From an uncultured Gammaproteobacteria bacterium (GTDB lineage Bacteria > Patescibacteriota > Microgenomatia > UBA12405), in contig CAYOPC010000004.1 in the NCBI GenBank assembly GCA_964405765.1, positions 1 to 41,232 of the forward strand: 41,232 nt of DNA, in the 5' to 3' direction. Both the position numbers and the translations under genes were made by a program. This document shows, in pieces, positions 1 through 10,177 of this stretch (position 1 is its first letter; each line of letters starts with the position of its first letter). The notes under the pieces are model-generated. The model was not told the DNA's origin and made no database searches. It saw only the letters and a list, made by a program, of their open reading frames with translations.

Positions 1-156
1 TCTTGTTTCGCTTCGTTATAATTCCCTAAAGGGAATCGGATAGGTTCTCTTGAAATAACTTAACCAAGCCTGAAAGGCTATCATTTCTTTTTGAGAAAGT
101 GAATAGAAAAGTGTTGAAAAGTGGGCAGTATTGATTGATATTGTATAATAATACCC

Positions 157-708
157 ATGAAATTAATTATTGTCAGACACGGGGAAACTGTGGCTAACAC
201 CAAACGAATTATTCAGGGCAGAGAAAGTAATAAATTGACGGAAAAAGGTAAAGACCAAGCAAAAGAGGCCGGAAGACATTTAAAAAAACATAAAATTGAT
301 ATGGTTTTTTGCTCACCTTTGGATAGATGTGTGGAAACATTGGAAAATATTATGACGGAGTGTGAAATTGAGGGAGAAATTTTTATGTCGAATTTGATTG
401 AAGAAAGGTTTATGGGAGAATATGTCGGGTCTAATTTGGATATGGTGGACTGGAAGGAAATTGATGAGGATAATAAAATTAATCGGGAAATGGGAGTAGA
501 AAGTTTGGTTGATTTTAGAAAAAGGGTGGAGCTGTTTTTGGAAGATTTGAAACTGGAAGAGGGAGAAAAAACAGTTTTGGTGGTGAGCCATGCCGGACCG
601 ATTGAAATAATGGTAGATAAAATTACCGGCAAAGAGATGGATATTAAAAATGCTCAAGTAATAGAATTAGATTACGAGACGAGTTTGGATTTTGATTATT
701 CTAAATAG
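157..708 (+). CDS. histidine phosphatase family protein (phosphoglycerate-mutase-like)
   Basis: N-terminal IVRHGET..N catalytic motif and C-terminal VVSHAGPI motif typical of the histidine phosphatase superfamily. A TGTATAAT extended -10-like box lies a few nt upstream of the ATG. Confidence 0.8.
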   Translation: MKLIIVRHGETVANTKRIIQGRESNKLTEKGKDQAKEAGRHLKKHKIDMVFCSPLDRCVETLENIMTECEIEGEIFMSNLIEERFMGEYVGSNLDMVDWKEIDEDNKINREMGVESLVDFRKRVELFLEDLKLEEGEKTVLVVSHAGPIEIMVDKITGKEMDIKNAQVIELDYETSLDFDYSK

Positions 709-1781
709 TCCTGGAGTTTCTTTCTTCTGGAAGGGTGGCGGAGTTTACGAAGGGCTTTGGCCTCGATTTGGCGGATACGTTCGCGGGTAACATTGAATAT
801 TTTACCAACTTCCTCGAGAGTTTTGGGAGTTTCCCCCATTAGACCAAAACGGAGAGATAAAACTTTGGTTTCGCGTTCGTCAAGAGAGCTAAGAACTTCT
901 TCAATAGATTCGCGGAGTAATTCTTTACTGGTTTCTTCGTATGGGGATAATTGAGTGGTATCTTCGATGAAATCACCTAAAAATGAGTCTTCGTCGTCAC
1001 CAACCGGAGTAGAAAGCGAAGTGGTGTCCTGGGAAATACGATAAATTTCTTCGACCTTATCAATAGATATACCGACTTCATTAGCAATTTGCTCAACAGT
1101 AGGTTCTTTACCCAATCTTTGAGTTAAGGCCCGAGTGGCTTTGTAAACTTTATTGATGGTTTCGACCATATGGACCGGAATGCGAATGGTTTTGGCCTGG
1201 TCGGCGATAGCCCGGGTAATAGCTTGACGAATCCACCAAGTGGCATAAGTCGAGAATTTAAAACCACGATGCCAATCGAATTTTTCGACAGCGCGCATGA
1301 GACCCTGATTACCTTCCTGAACCAAATCAAGGAAAGTTAGTCCCCGACCGATATATTTTTTGGCAATAGAAACAACCAGACGTAAGTTGGCGTTGATAAG
1401 ACCTTCACGGGCGAGAGTGGAACCTTTTTCGATATCTTTGGCTAAAGAAACTTCTTCATCAAAAGTGAGAAGGTTGATTTTACCGATCTCCTTGAGGTAC
1501 ATCCGGACAGAATCAACGTTACCTTTTTGGGTCAAAAGACTAAGAAGATCGGAAGAACTGGTTTTGTTATTTTCTTTTTCAATAACTTCTTTGGATTCAA
1601 CCTTATCAAAAACATCAACTCCTCTTTCAAAGAGATAATCAAAAAGGTTATCAACTTCATCAATATGTTTTTCTGGTTCGGGGATTTGAGCTAAAATCTC
1701 ATCGTTGGTGAGGTAATGAAGTTTTTTGGCTTGAGACAATAATGTTTGTTTGATTTTGGAAAGGTTGAGGGTGGCGGCCAT
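696..1781 (-). CDS. rpoD: RNA polymerase sigma-70 factor RpoD
   Basis: Sigma regions 1.2-4 are recognisable ([74 protein letters not shown]). Lies directly downstream of dnaG, as in the classical macromolecular-synthesis operon. Confidence 0.92.
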   Translation of the reverse strand: MAATLNLSKIKQTLLSQAKKLHYLTNDEILAQIPEPEKHIDEVDNLFDYLFERGVDVFDKVESKEVIEKENNKTSSSDLLSLLTQKGNVDSVRMYLKEIGKINLLTFDEEVSLAKDIEKGSTLAREGLINANLRLVVSIAKKYIGRGLTFLDLVQEGNQGLMRAVEKFDWHRGFKFSTYATWWIRQAITRAIADQAKTIRIPVHMVETINKVYKATRALTQRLGKEPTVEQIANEVGISIDKVEEIYRISQDTTSLSTPVGDDEDSFLGDFIEDTTQLSPYEETSKELLRESIEEVLSSLDERETKVLSLRFGLMGETPKTLEEVGKIFNVTRERIRQIEAKALRKLRHPSRRKKLQDYLE

Positions 1782-1814
1782 AGCCTGTATTGTATACGAA
1801 ATTAACGAATAAAT

Positions 1815-3620
1815 CTAGCTTTTTTTGATTTGGACCTTGGATAATTCAGAAAGCAGTTTATTATACTCTTTTTCGACGGCGGCGAGTTTGTCTTCGTCAC
1901 CATTATTTTCTAATTGGGCAATTTGACTACTAAGAAAATTTAACTTATCTTTTAGATAAAAAGTGTCAAGAATGGCGACAGTTTTTTGAATTTCTAAAAG
2001 GCGCTGGCGAGATTCAATAGGATTGACGGTGGTTTCTAAATAAATTGATTGAAAAACAGAATGAATTTCAGCCGGGAGTAAACTTTCAAATGATTTTGGG
2101 TTGAATTCGTTAATTTTTAATAAATTATTGCCAATTATTTGAAAACGATGGTCCTGAAGACGGGAAATTTGAGCGGTAATTTTTTTGGCCACTTTGACAG
2201 GATTTTTGGCACCAATAATTAAGGTTAATAAAAGTTGCTCAAATTTTTCAGTTTTGGAAGATTCGACCGGAATATTTGGTTTTGGGGTAAGGTTAAGTAG
2301 GGACCCACCAACAGCTGCCGCAGTTTTGGTGGGCAGGTTTTTTTGAGCTTCTTCAAGAATAGCCTGATAATCGGAACCGATTTCGTTGGCTAGTTTTTTG
2401 AGATAATCGGAGCGAATGACAGAATTTTTGATTTTAACTAAAAAGGGCAAAACTATATTTAAGATTTCTTTTTTACCTTTGACAGTATCAGGGTTATTTA
2501 TTTTAACTTGGGATTGGATAATAAAATCCCAGATAGAAACGGTTTGGTCGAGTTGGGTTTTGAAAAATTCTAAATCGTTTCTGACGGCTTCGTCAGGGTC
2601 TTTGTATTTGTCGCCTAAAGTGAGAACTTTAATGTCAAATTCCATAGAATCGGCAAGTTCGATACTTTTACGGGAGGCATTGGAACCGGCAAAATCAGAA
2701 TCAAGCCCCAAAATAAGAGTGTCGGTGTAACGACGAAGAAGTTGGAGTTGTTCCTCGGTAAAGGCAGTACCTTTGATGGCAACAATATTTTTAATACCGG
2801 CTTGGAAAGGAGAAATCATATCGAACTCACCTTCGGTAACAATGACAGTATTAAGTTGTCTAATAAAATCCTTGGCCAGATGGAGGCCAAAAAGATTGAA
2901 ACTTTTGTGGTAAATTTCAGTTTCAGGAGAATTGATATATTTGCCGGAGTCCTGGTTTTTGGTAGTAGGTAACATGCGACCAGAAAAACCTAAGATCCGG
3001 CCGCGATAATCGGAAAGAGGAAAAGTCAGACGACCCTGAAAACGGTCGTAAATTCGGGAATTGTATTGGCTCTGGCCAAAAGTGCCGGAAGCAATGAGAT
3101 CGGCGATCTTATAACCTTTTTTAGTTAAAAAATTAACAGTAATGGCGGGATTTTCGGGAGAATAACCCAAACCAAATTGTTTAATGGTGGTTAAATTAAT
3201 GCCCCTTTTGGTAACATAATCAAGAGCATTTTTCCCTAATGGATGAGATAAAAACATGTATTGATAAAATTTTTCAACTTGAGCATTTAGATCCATTAAA
3301 ACTTTTTTGCGGGAATCCTGCTTATTATCAAATTCGCTTTTTTTGAGAACGATACCGGCAATAGTAGCCAATTCGACTAAGGCTTCACGAAAATCAATCC
3401 GCTCATATTCCTGGACAAAAGTAAAAACATCACCGGATTTGCCGCAACCGAAACATTTAAAAATCTGAAGTTCTTCGGAGACGGTAAATGAGGGAGTCTT
3501 TTCGCCATGAAAAGGACAGCAAGCAATGTGATTGCGACCACGCTTTTTGAGAGGCAGGAAACGATTAATAACATCGACAATGTTGAGTTTTTGTTTGATT
3601 TCTTCGACCTGATTCTCCAC
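1815..3620 (-). CDS. dnaG: DNA primase DnaG
   Basis: Zinc-finger motif CPFHGEKTPSF...CFGCG and TOPRIM motif VTEGEFD. GTG start. 601 aa. Confidence 0.92.
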   Translation of the reverse strand: MENQVEEIKQKLNIVDVINRFLPLKKRGRNHIACCPFHGEKTPSFTVSEELQIFKCFGCGKSGDVFTFVQEYERIDFREALVELATIAGIVLKKSEFDNKQDSRKKVLMDLNAQVEKFYQYMFLSHPLGKNALDYVTKRGINLTTIKQFGLGYSPENPAITVNFLTKKGYKIADLIASGTFGQSQYNSRIYDRFQGRLTFPLSDYRGRILGFSGRMLPTTKNQDSGKYINSPETEIYHKSFNLFGLHLAKDFIRQLNTVIVTEGEFDMISPFQAGIKNIVAIKGTAFTEEQLQLLRRYTDTLILGLDSDFAGSNASRKSIELADSMEFDIKVLTLGDKYKDPDEAVRNDLEFFKTQLDQTVSIWDFIIQSQVKINNPDTVKGKKEILNIVLPFLVKIKNSVIRSDYLKKLANEIGSDYQAILEEAQKNLPTKTAAAVGGSLLNLTPKPNIPVESSKTEKFEQLLLTLIIGAKNPVKVAKKITAQISRLQDHRFQIIGNNLLKINEFNPKSFESLLPAEIHSVFQSIYLETTVNPIESRQRLLEIQKTVAILDTFYLKDKLNFLSSQIAQLENNGDEDKLAAVEKEYNKLLSELSKVQIKKS

Positions 3621-3633
3621 TGGCTAATTATAC

Positions 3634-3757
3634 CTCAATCTCCCCTTAATCCCCTCTTTCACAAGAGGGGAAAATAAAACCCCTCAGCCCCGACTAAAGT
3701 CGGGACAGCTCCCTCGCCTCGAATCCGAGTTGGAGCGGGCATTGAAAAATAGAGGGC
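3634..3757 (+). repeat. two abutting palindromic repeat units (type A + type B with nested hairpin)
   Basis: CAATCTCCCC..CCCCTCTTTCACAAGAGGGGAAAA, followed by AAACCCCTCAGCCCCGACTAAAGTCGGGACAGCTCCCT[CGCCTCGAATCCGAG..]. Nearly the same string recurs at 21936..22017. Confidence 0.85.
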
Positions 3758-3773
3758 TTTAAGACAATAATTA

Positions 3774-4085
3774 TTGGTGAAGATTACTTTCTTTAATTCT
3801 GATATTGATAAATTTATTCAAAGCCTAAATAAATCGACTTATTCAAAAGTACTTCGCCACCTTAAACTTTTAGAAACTTACGGTCCTCGGTTAACCATGC
3901 CATATTCTAAACCAATATCGCGCAATTTATTTGAACTTCGAAGCAGAGGTAATCAAGAAATTCGTTTGTTTTATTGCTTCTATAAAAATCAAATTGTGAT
4001 TTTGCATGGCTTTATTAAAAAATCTCAAAAAACGCCATCAAGAGAAATTAATTTAGCTTTACAAAGAATTTCCAATTTGCCATAA
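3774..4085 (+). CDS. type II toxin, RelE/ParE superfamily (HigB-like / phage Gp49-like)
   Basis: 103 aa. The pattern LELLETYGP...LFELR...EIRLFYCF..NQIVILHGFIKKSQKTP..EI matches the Gp49/HigB-like killer family. TTG or GTG start. The toxin gene precedes the HTH gene, as in hig-type modules. Confidence 0.8.
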   Translation: MVKITFFNSDIDKFIQSLNKSTYSKVLRHLKLLETYGPRLTMPYSKPISRNLFELRSRGNQEIRLFYCFYKNQIVILHGFIKKSQKTPSREINLALQRISNLP

Positions 4086-4110
4086 TATAACATATATGTT
4101 ATAAATAATT

Positions 4111-4401
4111 ATGAATAATAAATTTAATCCAACTTCATTCAAAGACTTTTTTGACAAGTCCATGAAGGATCCAGAAATTAAGGCTGGATACGATCGTCTT
4201 GGTCCAGAGTATGAAATCATCAATGCTTTAATCAAAAAAAGAATTGCCAAAAAAATTTCTCAAAAGGATTTGGCGACCAAAATAGGAACCAAACAATCAG
4301 CTCTTTCCCGTTTAGAATCCGGCACTTACAACCCGTCACTTATCTTTCTGAAAAAAGTTGCGGCTGCTCTCGATTGTCAATTACACATCACTTTAAAATA
4401 A
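4111..4401 (+). CDS. XRE-family helix-turn-helix antitoxin (HigA-like)
   Basis: 96 aa. HTH core ISQKDLATKIGTKQSALSRLESG. Lies 25 nt downstream of the toxin gene. Confidence 0.78.
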   Translation: MNNKFNPTSFKDFFDKSMKDPEIKAGYDRLGPEYEIINALIKKRIAKKISQKDLATKIGTKQSALSRLESGTYNPSLIFLKKVAAALDCQLHITLK

Positions 4402-4412
4402 ATCTTTGAATC

Positions 4413-4466
4413 AAAACTTACTCGTCCCTCGACAAGTTCGGGATGCCTTCCATTGAAAATGGAGAA
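4413..4466 (+). repeat. palindromic repeat unit (divergent type D)
   Basis: AAAACTTACTCGTCCCTCGACAAGTTCGGGATGCCTTCCATTGAAAATGGAG. Same two-hairpin plan as 36682..36738. Confidence 0.7.
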
Positions 4467-4486
4467 ATCTTAAAACAAAACCTATC

Positions 4487-5083
4487 TTATTCCAAATCCC
4501 CTTCCGCTTCGCGGCTTTCCCCTTTGACAAAAGGGGAACTTTTAACCAAATATTTTCTTTTTAAAATTAAATAGACACTTTTGGCGGTGACACCGTCGGG
4601 CCATTCGGGCCAATGGCCAGTAATATAACCATTTTCTCCACGACTAGTATCAATTTGCCAACCCCATTTTTGATAAATTTCGATAGTTTTAGTGTTGTGA
4701 GTGTAAATTCCAAGTAATAAATCGCGATTTTGAGAAAAAGCCAAAACTTTTTGATAGAGTTTTTTACCGATACCTTGGTGCTGATAAGATGGAAGAACGT
4801 AAAAACCGGAAAATTCGGCTTTATTTTCATTAATTATTTTACAGGTGGCCGAAGCAATTAACTTTTTATTATCAAAAACCAACCAGGTTTTTTGATCAGA
4901 AGAGTTAATTAATTTAGTGGCTAGATATTTTTGAGTGTCCAGAGTATTAAAAACTTGAGAAGAAAAACATTCTTTGGTTAAACCAATTTCTGGATTAGTA
5001 TAAGCAGATTCGTAGGTTTGCTGAAGTAAATCAGTGTATGGTTTTAGATCGGTGAGAGTGGCCAGATGAATTTTAAGAGGCAT
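4487..5083 (-). CDS. GNAT family N-acetyltransferase
   Basis: Acetyl-CoA binding motif VLPSYQHQGIGKKLYQKV. The C-terminal ~17 aa (SSPFVKGESREAEGDLE) are encoded by repeat unit 4494..4538. Confidence 0.72.
   Translation of the reverse strand: MPLKIHLATLTDLKPYTDLLQQTYESAYTNPEIGLTKECFSSQVFNTLDTQKYLATKLINSSDQKTWLVFDNKKLIASATCKIINENKAEFSGFYVLPSYQHQGIGKKLYQKVLAFSQNRDLLLGIYTHNTKTIEIYQKWGWQIDTSRGENGYITGHWPEWPDGVTAKSVYLILKRKYLVKSSPFVKGESREAEGDLE
4494..4538 (+). repeat. palindromic repeat unit (type E-like) forming the 3' end of the GNAT ORF
   Basis: AAATCCCCTTCCGCTTCGCGGCTTTCCCCTTTGACAAAAGGGGAA, made of hairpins CCGC-TTCG-CGG and TCCCCTTT-GACA-AAAGGGGA. Confidence 0.75.
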
Positions 5084-5101
5084 TTAGTGAAATTTTAACA
5101 G

Positions 5102-5151
5102 AAAACCTCTCTGTCACTTCGTGATATCTCCCCTTAAAAAAGGGAGAAGTC
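5102..5151 (+). repeat. palindromic repeat unit (type D)
   Basis: AAAACCTCTCTGTCACTTCGTGATATCTCCCCTTAAAAAAGGGAGAAGTC. Near-identical copies at 36682 and 40419. Confidence 0.9.
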
Positions 5152-5168
5152 ATTAATCTTTCATTTTT

Positions 5169-6242
5169 TTAATGATTGCGGGTGGTGATAAAGTCGATAG
5201 CGGCGGAAAGTCGGGAACGGAAAGGTTCAATCGATAAAAAGGTTAATTCGTTATCAAAAATTTGACGGGCTTCTCGCGAATAATCAGTAGCTAATTGTCG
5301 AGCAAAATCGAGGCTGCCACAAGTTTTCATTTGATGAATTACCCAAGCAACTTCGGTGGCGGTTTTTTGACTACGTGGTTTATTTAAAATATTGATTAAC
5401 TTAGTTTTGTTTTTTGGATCAATATTTTCTAATAAGTGAATTAAAATAACAGTTCGTTTGCCTTCGTAAATATCGTTGCCTTGCTGATTTTTTTGACCAG
5501 AAAAATCGGAAGTCAAATCAAGAAGATCATCAATAATTTGGAAAGATTTACCTAAAGCAAGCCCGAATTTGTAAATTGAGTCGAGTTGAGAATCGGTGGC
5601 ACCGACCAGGATAGCGCCCAAGCGCATGGGGCCGGAAATGGTGTAATAGCAAGTTTTACTTTCGGCAATTAACAAAACATCATCTATAGTAAGGTCGTAT
5701 CGATTATCTTCAATCCATTTGATTTCGATGGTTTGACCTAAAATAGTCCGATTTAACATAGTAAAAAATTCCTGGTGAATTTGCTGAGCAATATTTTTAT
5801 CCAATATGGAAGAATTTTGAGATAAAACCTGCCACATGAGAACATGGAGAGCATCACCGGCATTGAGAGCCAGATGGTCGCCGTAGATTTTTTGGATAGC
5901 CGGAAGACCACGACGTTGGTCTGATTGATCTTCAATATCATCATGAGCTAAAATCCAATCTTCGGAAATTTGCATAGCGGCAGCAGTGGGCAGGGATTTT
6001 TCTAAAGAGAAACCCATGGACTGAGCAGTAAGTAAAAGCAATGACGGACGAATGTATTTACCCTTTCTTTGGGGATAATCAGAAACCATATTAAAATGAA
6101 AATCAAGAATTGATTGATATGGTGATGGGAGACGACAAAAGGCGGGATAATCTCTGATTTGATTAAGATTGGCTTCAATAAAAGGCCAGAGAAGATTTTT
6201 GTAGTTAGTTAAAACTTCGATAAAATTAATTAGTGGTGACAT
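5169..6242 (-). CDS. polyprenyl (geranylgeranyl/farnesyl-type) diphosphate synthase
   Basis: First and second aspartate-rich motifs are present (AHDDIEDQSDQRRG and IIDDLLDLT). I place the start at the ATG at 6242 (MSPLINF...). The longer tracked ORF (to 6467) runs through the upstream gene. Confidence 0.85.
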   Translation of the reverse strand: MSPLINFIEVLTNYKNLLWPFIEANLNQIRDYPAFCRLPSPYQSILDFHFNMVSDYPQRKGKYIRPSLLLLTAQSMGFSLEKSLPTAAAMQISEDWILAHDDIEDQSDQRRGLPAIQKIYGDHLALNAGDALHVLMWQVLSQNSSILDKNIAQQIHQEFFTMLNRTILGQTIEIKWIEDNRYDLTIDDVLLIAESKTCYYTISGPMRLGAILVGATDSQLDSIYKFGLALGKSFQIIDDLLDLTSDFSGQKNQQGNDIYEGKRTVILIHLLENIDPKNKTKLINILNKPRSQKTATEVAWVIHQMKTCGSLDFARQLATDYSREARQIFDNELTFLSIEPFRSRLSAAIDFITTRNH

Positions 6243-7389
6243 TATTTTGGGTGTTTTCAACTTTTTTAACCCGAGAACCGAGGGAAACAATTTTACCAAA
6301 AGTATAGGGATAAACCATATACATAACTTCGAAAGTAGCGACGGATAATTCAAAAGCGGAAGGAATCTGATTGGTGATAAAGAAAGCCCCGGCACCCAAA
6401 ACCAAGGCGTTACGAAGACTACTGCGCATTTTTTCTTTAAAAACTTTACTAATAATTTTTGGGGCAATACCGGCTAATTTGGCTTCCCTAGCGGCCAGAG
6501 AATTACCTTTGTAACCGGCATGAATAGTAGTAATAAAAGTACCGACGGCAGTAACAAAATTCATAGGGGTATTTTGGCGAGTGAGGTCGACTTTGAGTAA
6601 CAGACCGGCAAAAGCGGTAGGAATATGACGGAGAAGAAAGATAAGAGCAATAATAAGGACGCCGCTAAAACCACCAATGGCGGCTAAAAGCCGATTATAG
6701 CGAATACGGGCGTAAAGGATTTTTTGATTTTTTTTGAAAATGAAACGGACCAGCCGCCAAAGAAGACGCAAGCCAATTAAAAATAAAATAACTCCGCCGA
6801 TAACCACGAAAATGGTATTCCAGGAAACGGCGGCAGTATCAGTAATTTTAAAAAAAGGAAAAGGAAAGATAGTTCCCTGAAGGGGGTAGGTGGGAGAGGG
6901 AACCCATTTATAAAGAAGGTTCATTTTTTGAAGTTTAAGAGGATCGGTGTAAAAATCGATTAAAAAAATACGTCCGGCAGAAAAAAAGGCAATGGCGTTG
7001 ACGAAAAAATTAAAAATATAGTAGACAATGGCAGTATTACCTTCACGAATTTTTTTGGTAAAAACTAATTGCTGTTGTTTGGTTTCCATGGTGTCAAGTT
7101 CATCTTCGAAATCTTTGAGAGGCTGATCCATGGCATTACCAATAAGACGGAGGGGGATAAAAATAACATTTTGGAGAACACCAATAAGGAGTACCGAAAC
7201 CCAAACCTGATGAGTAATAAAATAAAGGCTAAAAAAAAGACTGGCGTAGAGACGAAAACTGCCACCACGGAAAAACCAGATAAAAAGATAAATAAGAAAG
7301 ATAAGTAAAAAAGTAGTAAGGAATGGCAACCACTGGCGGCTATTGTCGATACGACGAACTTGAGATAAGGTTGACCGGTTTTCTACCAT
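6226..7389 (-). CDS. polytopic membrane protein (weak YidC/Oxa1-like features only)
   Basis: 387 aa with many hydrophobic helices. The segment IPLRLIGNAMDQPLKDFEDEL loosely resembles the YidC first-helix/coiled region. Overlaps the polyprenyl synthase start by 17 nt. Confidence 0.6.
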   Translation of the reverse strand: MVENRSTLSQVRRIDNSRQWLPFLTTFLLIFLIYLFIWFFRGGSFRLYASLFFSLYFITHQVWVSVLLIGVLQNVIFIPLRLIGNAMDQPLKDFEDELDTMETKQQQLVFTKKIREGNTAIVYYIFNFFVNAIAFFSAGRIFLIDFYTDPLKLQKMNLLYKWVPSPTYPLQGTIFPFPFFKITDTAAVSWNTIFVVIGGVILFLIGLRLLWRLVRFIFKKNQKILYARIRYNRLLAAIGGFSGVLIIALIFLLRHIPTAFAGLLLKVDLTRQNTPMNFVTAVGTFITTIHAGYKGNSLAAREAKLAGIAPKIISKVFKEKMRSSLRNALVLGAGAFFITNQIPSAFELSVATFEVMYMVYPYTFGKIVSLGSRVKKVENTQNNVTTN

Positions 7390-7423
7390 TGGTTAATTAT
7401 ACAATCTAATTTATACTGTAATT

Positions 7424-7798
7424 ATGCCAGAAAATAGAGAACGATTAGTTGCTCAAGAAACAATTAGAGAACAATCAAAAAATCACGAAGTATCGGTGGT
7501 AATGACGGATTTGCAAAAAGAAAGAGATATACTAATTCCCCGAGAAGTTAAAAATTGGATGCAAAAAGTGGAAGAAGATCCGATCTTGAAACAAAATAAT
7601 CAAAAAATTAATGGCGATGATGATTCAGTATTACAACCAATAGCCAAAACAGTAACAAAAATAACCTTACCTAGCGATAAAAAAATATTTACCGGGGGAT
7701 TTTCTAAACCGGTAGATAATGCCTGGAGATGGTTGTCAGAATTTATTCTTAGAGTTATCAAAAAAAATGAAGGTAAGGTAAAATTTAAAGAGGAATGA
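7424..7798 (+). CDS. hypothetical protein, translationally coupled to the downstream ATPase
   Basis: 124-aa ORF. Its stop overlaps the next start (ATGA at 7795..7798). No motif recognised. Confidence 0.5.
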   Translation: MPENRERLVAQETIREQSKNHEVSVVMTDLQKERDILIPREVKNWMQKVEEDPILKQNNQKINGDDDSVLQPIAKTVTKITLPSDKKIFTGGFSKPVDNAWRWLSEFILRVIKKNEGKVKFKEE

Positions 7799-10128
7799 AC
7801 GAGTCTATATTAATGGGTTATGTAAATACTTTAGTATCGGTTTTAGTACTGACGGTATTAATTAGCGGTTTATTGTTTTTGATTTTTTGGGGATTAATAA
7901 TGTGGTTTAAATGGAAAGATAGAGAAGAAAAATCTTTAAAACAGGTGAATTTGTTGGTGGCAGTACCTCAAGATAATGAAGTAAAGATTGACGCTATGGA
8001 ACAGATTTTGAATTCGTTTGGAAGTATGTATAAGAATGCTAAAGTAAAAATTTGGCAATTATTTATGAGTCAACCAAATGCTTCGTTGGAGATTATTGGA
8101 ACTGACGAAGATATTAAATTTTATGTGTCAGTACCAGAGAAATATCAGGATTTAATTGAGAAACAAATTTACAGTGTCTATGCCGGAGCCGACATTAAAG
8201 TAGTAGAAGAACCCAATATTTATACTAAAGACGGAGCGGTGGAATATGCCTGGTTAGGACTAAAAAAACTTCCCCATTATCCGTTGAAAAGCTACAAAGA
8301 AATTTCGACTGATCCATTGGCAGCGATAACTTCGGCTTTGTCAAAACTTAATAAAGATGAAACTGTGGCGATACAGTTAGTAATAACACCAACAGATGGT
8401 TCGTGGTCAAAAATAGGTAAGAGTTTTATCAGCAGCACCAAAAAAAGCGAGTCAAATCCGGAAAAGGCATCTTATAAGGTAGATGCTAAACAACTAGAAG
8501 GAATTGAGCAAAAATGCGGTAAGACAGGTTTAGAAACGGTAGTCAGGATTGTGGCGGTGGCACCAAATAAAGAAATTGCTAAAATGAATATTTCGAATAT
8601 TAAAGCCTGTTTTGGGCAATTTGAATCACCGTGGAATAAATTTAGCAGTAAGAAAATTTACTTAAAATCGATGTTTATGGATGATTTTATTTATAAATAT
8701 CCGGTAATGTTTTGGGTTAAACACAAAACAATTTTGTCGGTAGATGAGTTAGCGTCGATTTTTCATTTGCCAAACAAACAGATAGTGACGCCAAATATTT
8801 ATTGGCTGAAAGCTAAAAAAGCCCCAGCACCAGTAGATTCACCACAAGAGGGGTTGTATGTGGGAGATAATTTGTACCGAGGTGTAACTAAAAAGTTTTG
8901 TATGACACTGACTGATAGACAAAGGCACTTTTATATAGTCGGACAAACCGGTGTGGGTAAATCGTGGTTACTAGCAGATATGGCGTTGCAGGATATTAAA
9001 GCCGGTAAAGGAGTGTGTTTTATTGATCCGCATGATACTTTTGAAAGTATACTGGAAAGAATTCCCCCGGAAAGAGTGGATGATGTGATTTATTTTGATC
9101 CATCACAAACCGAGCGGCCGATGGGTTTTAATGTGATGGAGTGCGAACGGGAAGACCAAAAAGATTTCGTGACCTCGTCAATTATTAACTTAATGTACAA
9201 ACTATATGATCCTTATAAAACCGGTATCGTCGGCCCTAGATTTGAACATGCTATCAGGAATATTATGTTGACAGTAATGACAGAGCCGGGAGCAACTTTT
9301 ATTGAAATTGTCCGTTGTTTGACAGATCAAAGTTACGTTCAGGAAATTTTACCAAAAGTAAAAGATCCGATGGTCAGGCGTTATTGGACAGATCAAATTG
9401 CTCAAACAAGTGACTTTCATAAATCAGAAGTGCTGGATTATATCGTGTCGAAATTCGGTCGGTTTATTACTAACACAATGATGAGAAATATTATCGGTCA
9501 GAGTACATCTTCGTTTAACTTCCGCCAGGCGATGGACGAGGGGAAAATTTTAATCATTAATTTGGCTAAGGGAACTATCGGTGAGGAAAATTCAGCCTTC
9601 TTGGGTTTGGTGTTGATTCCTAAAATTCTGATTGCGGCGATGAGCCGTCAGGATATCCCAGAAGACAAACGAAGAGATTTTTATTTATATGTAGACGAAT
9701 TCCAAAATTTTGCGACTCAAGACTTTGCTGTGATTTTATCAGAAGCCAGAAAGTATCATTTGAATTTGACGGTGGCTAACCAATTTATTTCTCAAATGGA
9801 TGATGAGGTTAAAAATGCGGTGTTCGGAAATGTAGGGACAATTTGCAGTTTTAGATTGGGTATTTCGGACGCTGGATTTTTGACCAAGCAGTTCCAGCCA
9901 GAATTTGGAGAACATGATTTACTCAACTTGGGAACCGGAGAAATTTATTTAAAAACTATGGTGAATGGAATACCAAAAGATCCATTTTCTTTGAAAGTGG
10001 CAGCAATAGAAAAGAAAAAGCCAGGTAACCCAAAAATGGCGGAAGCAATTAAAAGATTGTCAGCACTAAAATACGGTAGGCCGAGATCGATTGTAGAAGC
10101 GGAAATAGCACAGAGAGCGAGATTATAA
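7795..10128 (+). CDS. VirD4/TraG/TraD-like coupling-protein-type P-loop ATPase with N-terminal membrane anchor
   Basis: N-terminal TM helix. Walker A is HFYIVGQTGVGKSW and Walker B is FYLYVDEFQNF. The following LSEARKYHLNLTVANQ segment is typical of the TraD/VirD4/HerA-like family. Confidence 0.7.
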   Translation: MNESILMGYVNTLVSVLVLTVLISGLLFLIFWGLIMWFKWKDREEKSLKQVNLLVAVPQDNEVKIDAMEQILNSFGSMYKNAKVKIWQLFMSQPNASLEIIGTDEDIKFYVSVPEKYQDLIEKQIYSVYAGADIKVVEEPNIYTKDGAVEYAWLGLKKLPHYPLKSYKEISTDPLAAITSALSKLNKDETVAIQLVITPTDGSWSKIGKSFISSTKKSESNPEKASYKVDAKQLEGIEQKCGKTGLETVVRIVAVAPNKEIAKMNISNIKACFGQFESPWNKFSSKKIYLKSMFMDDFIYKYPVMFWVKHKTILSVDELASIFHLPNKQIVTPNIYWLKAKKAPAPVDSPQEGLYVGDNLYRGVTKKFCMTLTDRQRHFYIVGQTGVGKSWLLADMALQDIKAGKGVCFIDPHDTFESILERIPPERVDDVIYFDPSQTERPMGFNVMECEREDQKDFVTSSIINLMYKLYDPYKTGIVGPRFEHAIRNIMLTVMTEPGATFIEIVRCLTDQSYVQEILPKVKDPMVRRYWTDQIAQTSDFHKSEVLDYIVSKFGRFITNTMMRNIIGQSTSSFNFRQAMDEGKILIINLAKGTIGEENSAFLGLVLIPKILIAAMSRQDIPEDKRRDFYLYVDEFQNFATQDFAVILSEARKYHLNLTVANQFISQMDDEVKNAVFGNVGTICSFRLGISDAGFLTKQFQPEFGEHDLLNLGTGEIYLKTMVNGIPKDPFSLKVAAIEKKKPGNPKMAEAIKRLSALKYGRPRSIVEAEIAQRARL

Positions 10129-10131
10129 AAC

Positions 10132-10177
10132 AAACCCTAACCCTACCCTTTCCCTTGACAGGGCAAGGGTAAAAAAA
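10132..10177 (+). repeat. palindromic repeat unit (type C)
   Basis: AAACCCTAACCCTACCCTTTCCCTTGACAGGGCAAGGGTAAAAAAA. Confidence 0.9.

Noticed and set aside
213-657. Antisense ORFs inside annotated genes (e.g. 213..632, 313..657, 757..954, 1360..1638, 2416..2972, 17206..18554, 25764..26099, 28053..29067, 38489..38938)
   Set aside because: They are shadow ORFs opposite or out of frame to genes with clear family motifs. Their composition is low-complexity, as is typical of AT-rich antisense frames.
6243-6467. N-terminal 75 codons of tracked ORF 5169..6467
   Set aside because: This stretch overlaps the 3' end of the upstream membrane-protein gene in another frame, and the polyprenyl synthase homology only begins after the ATG at 6242.
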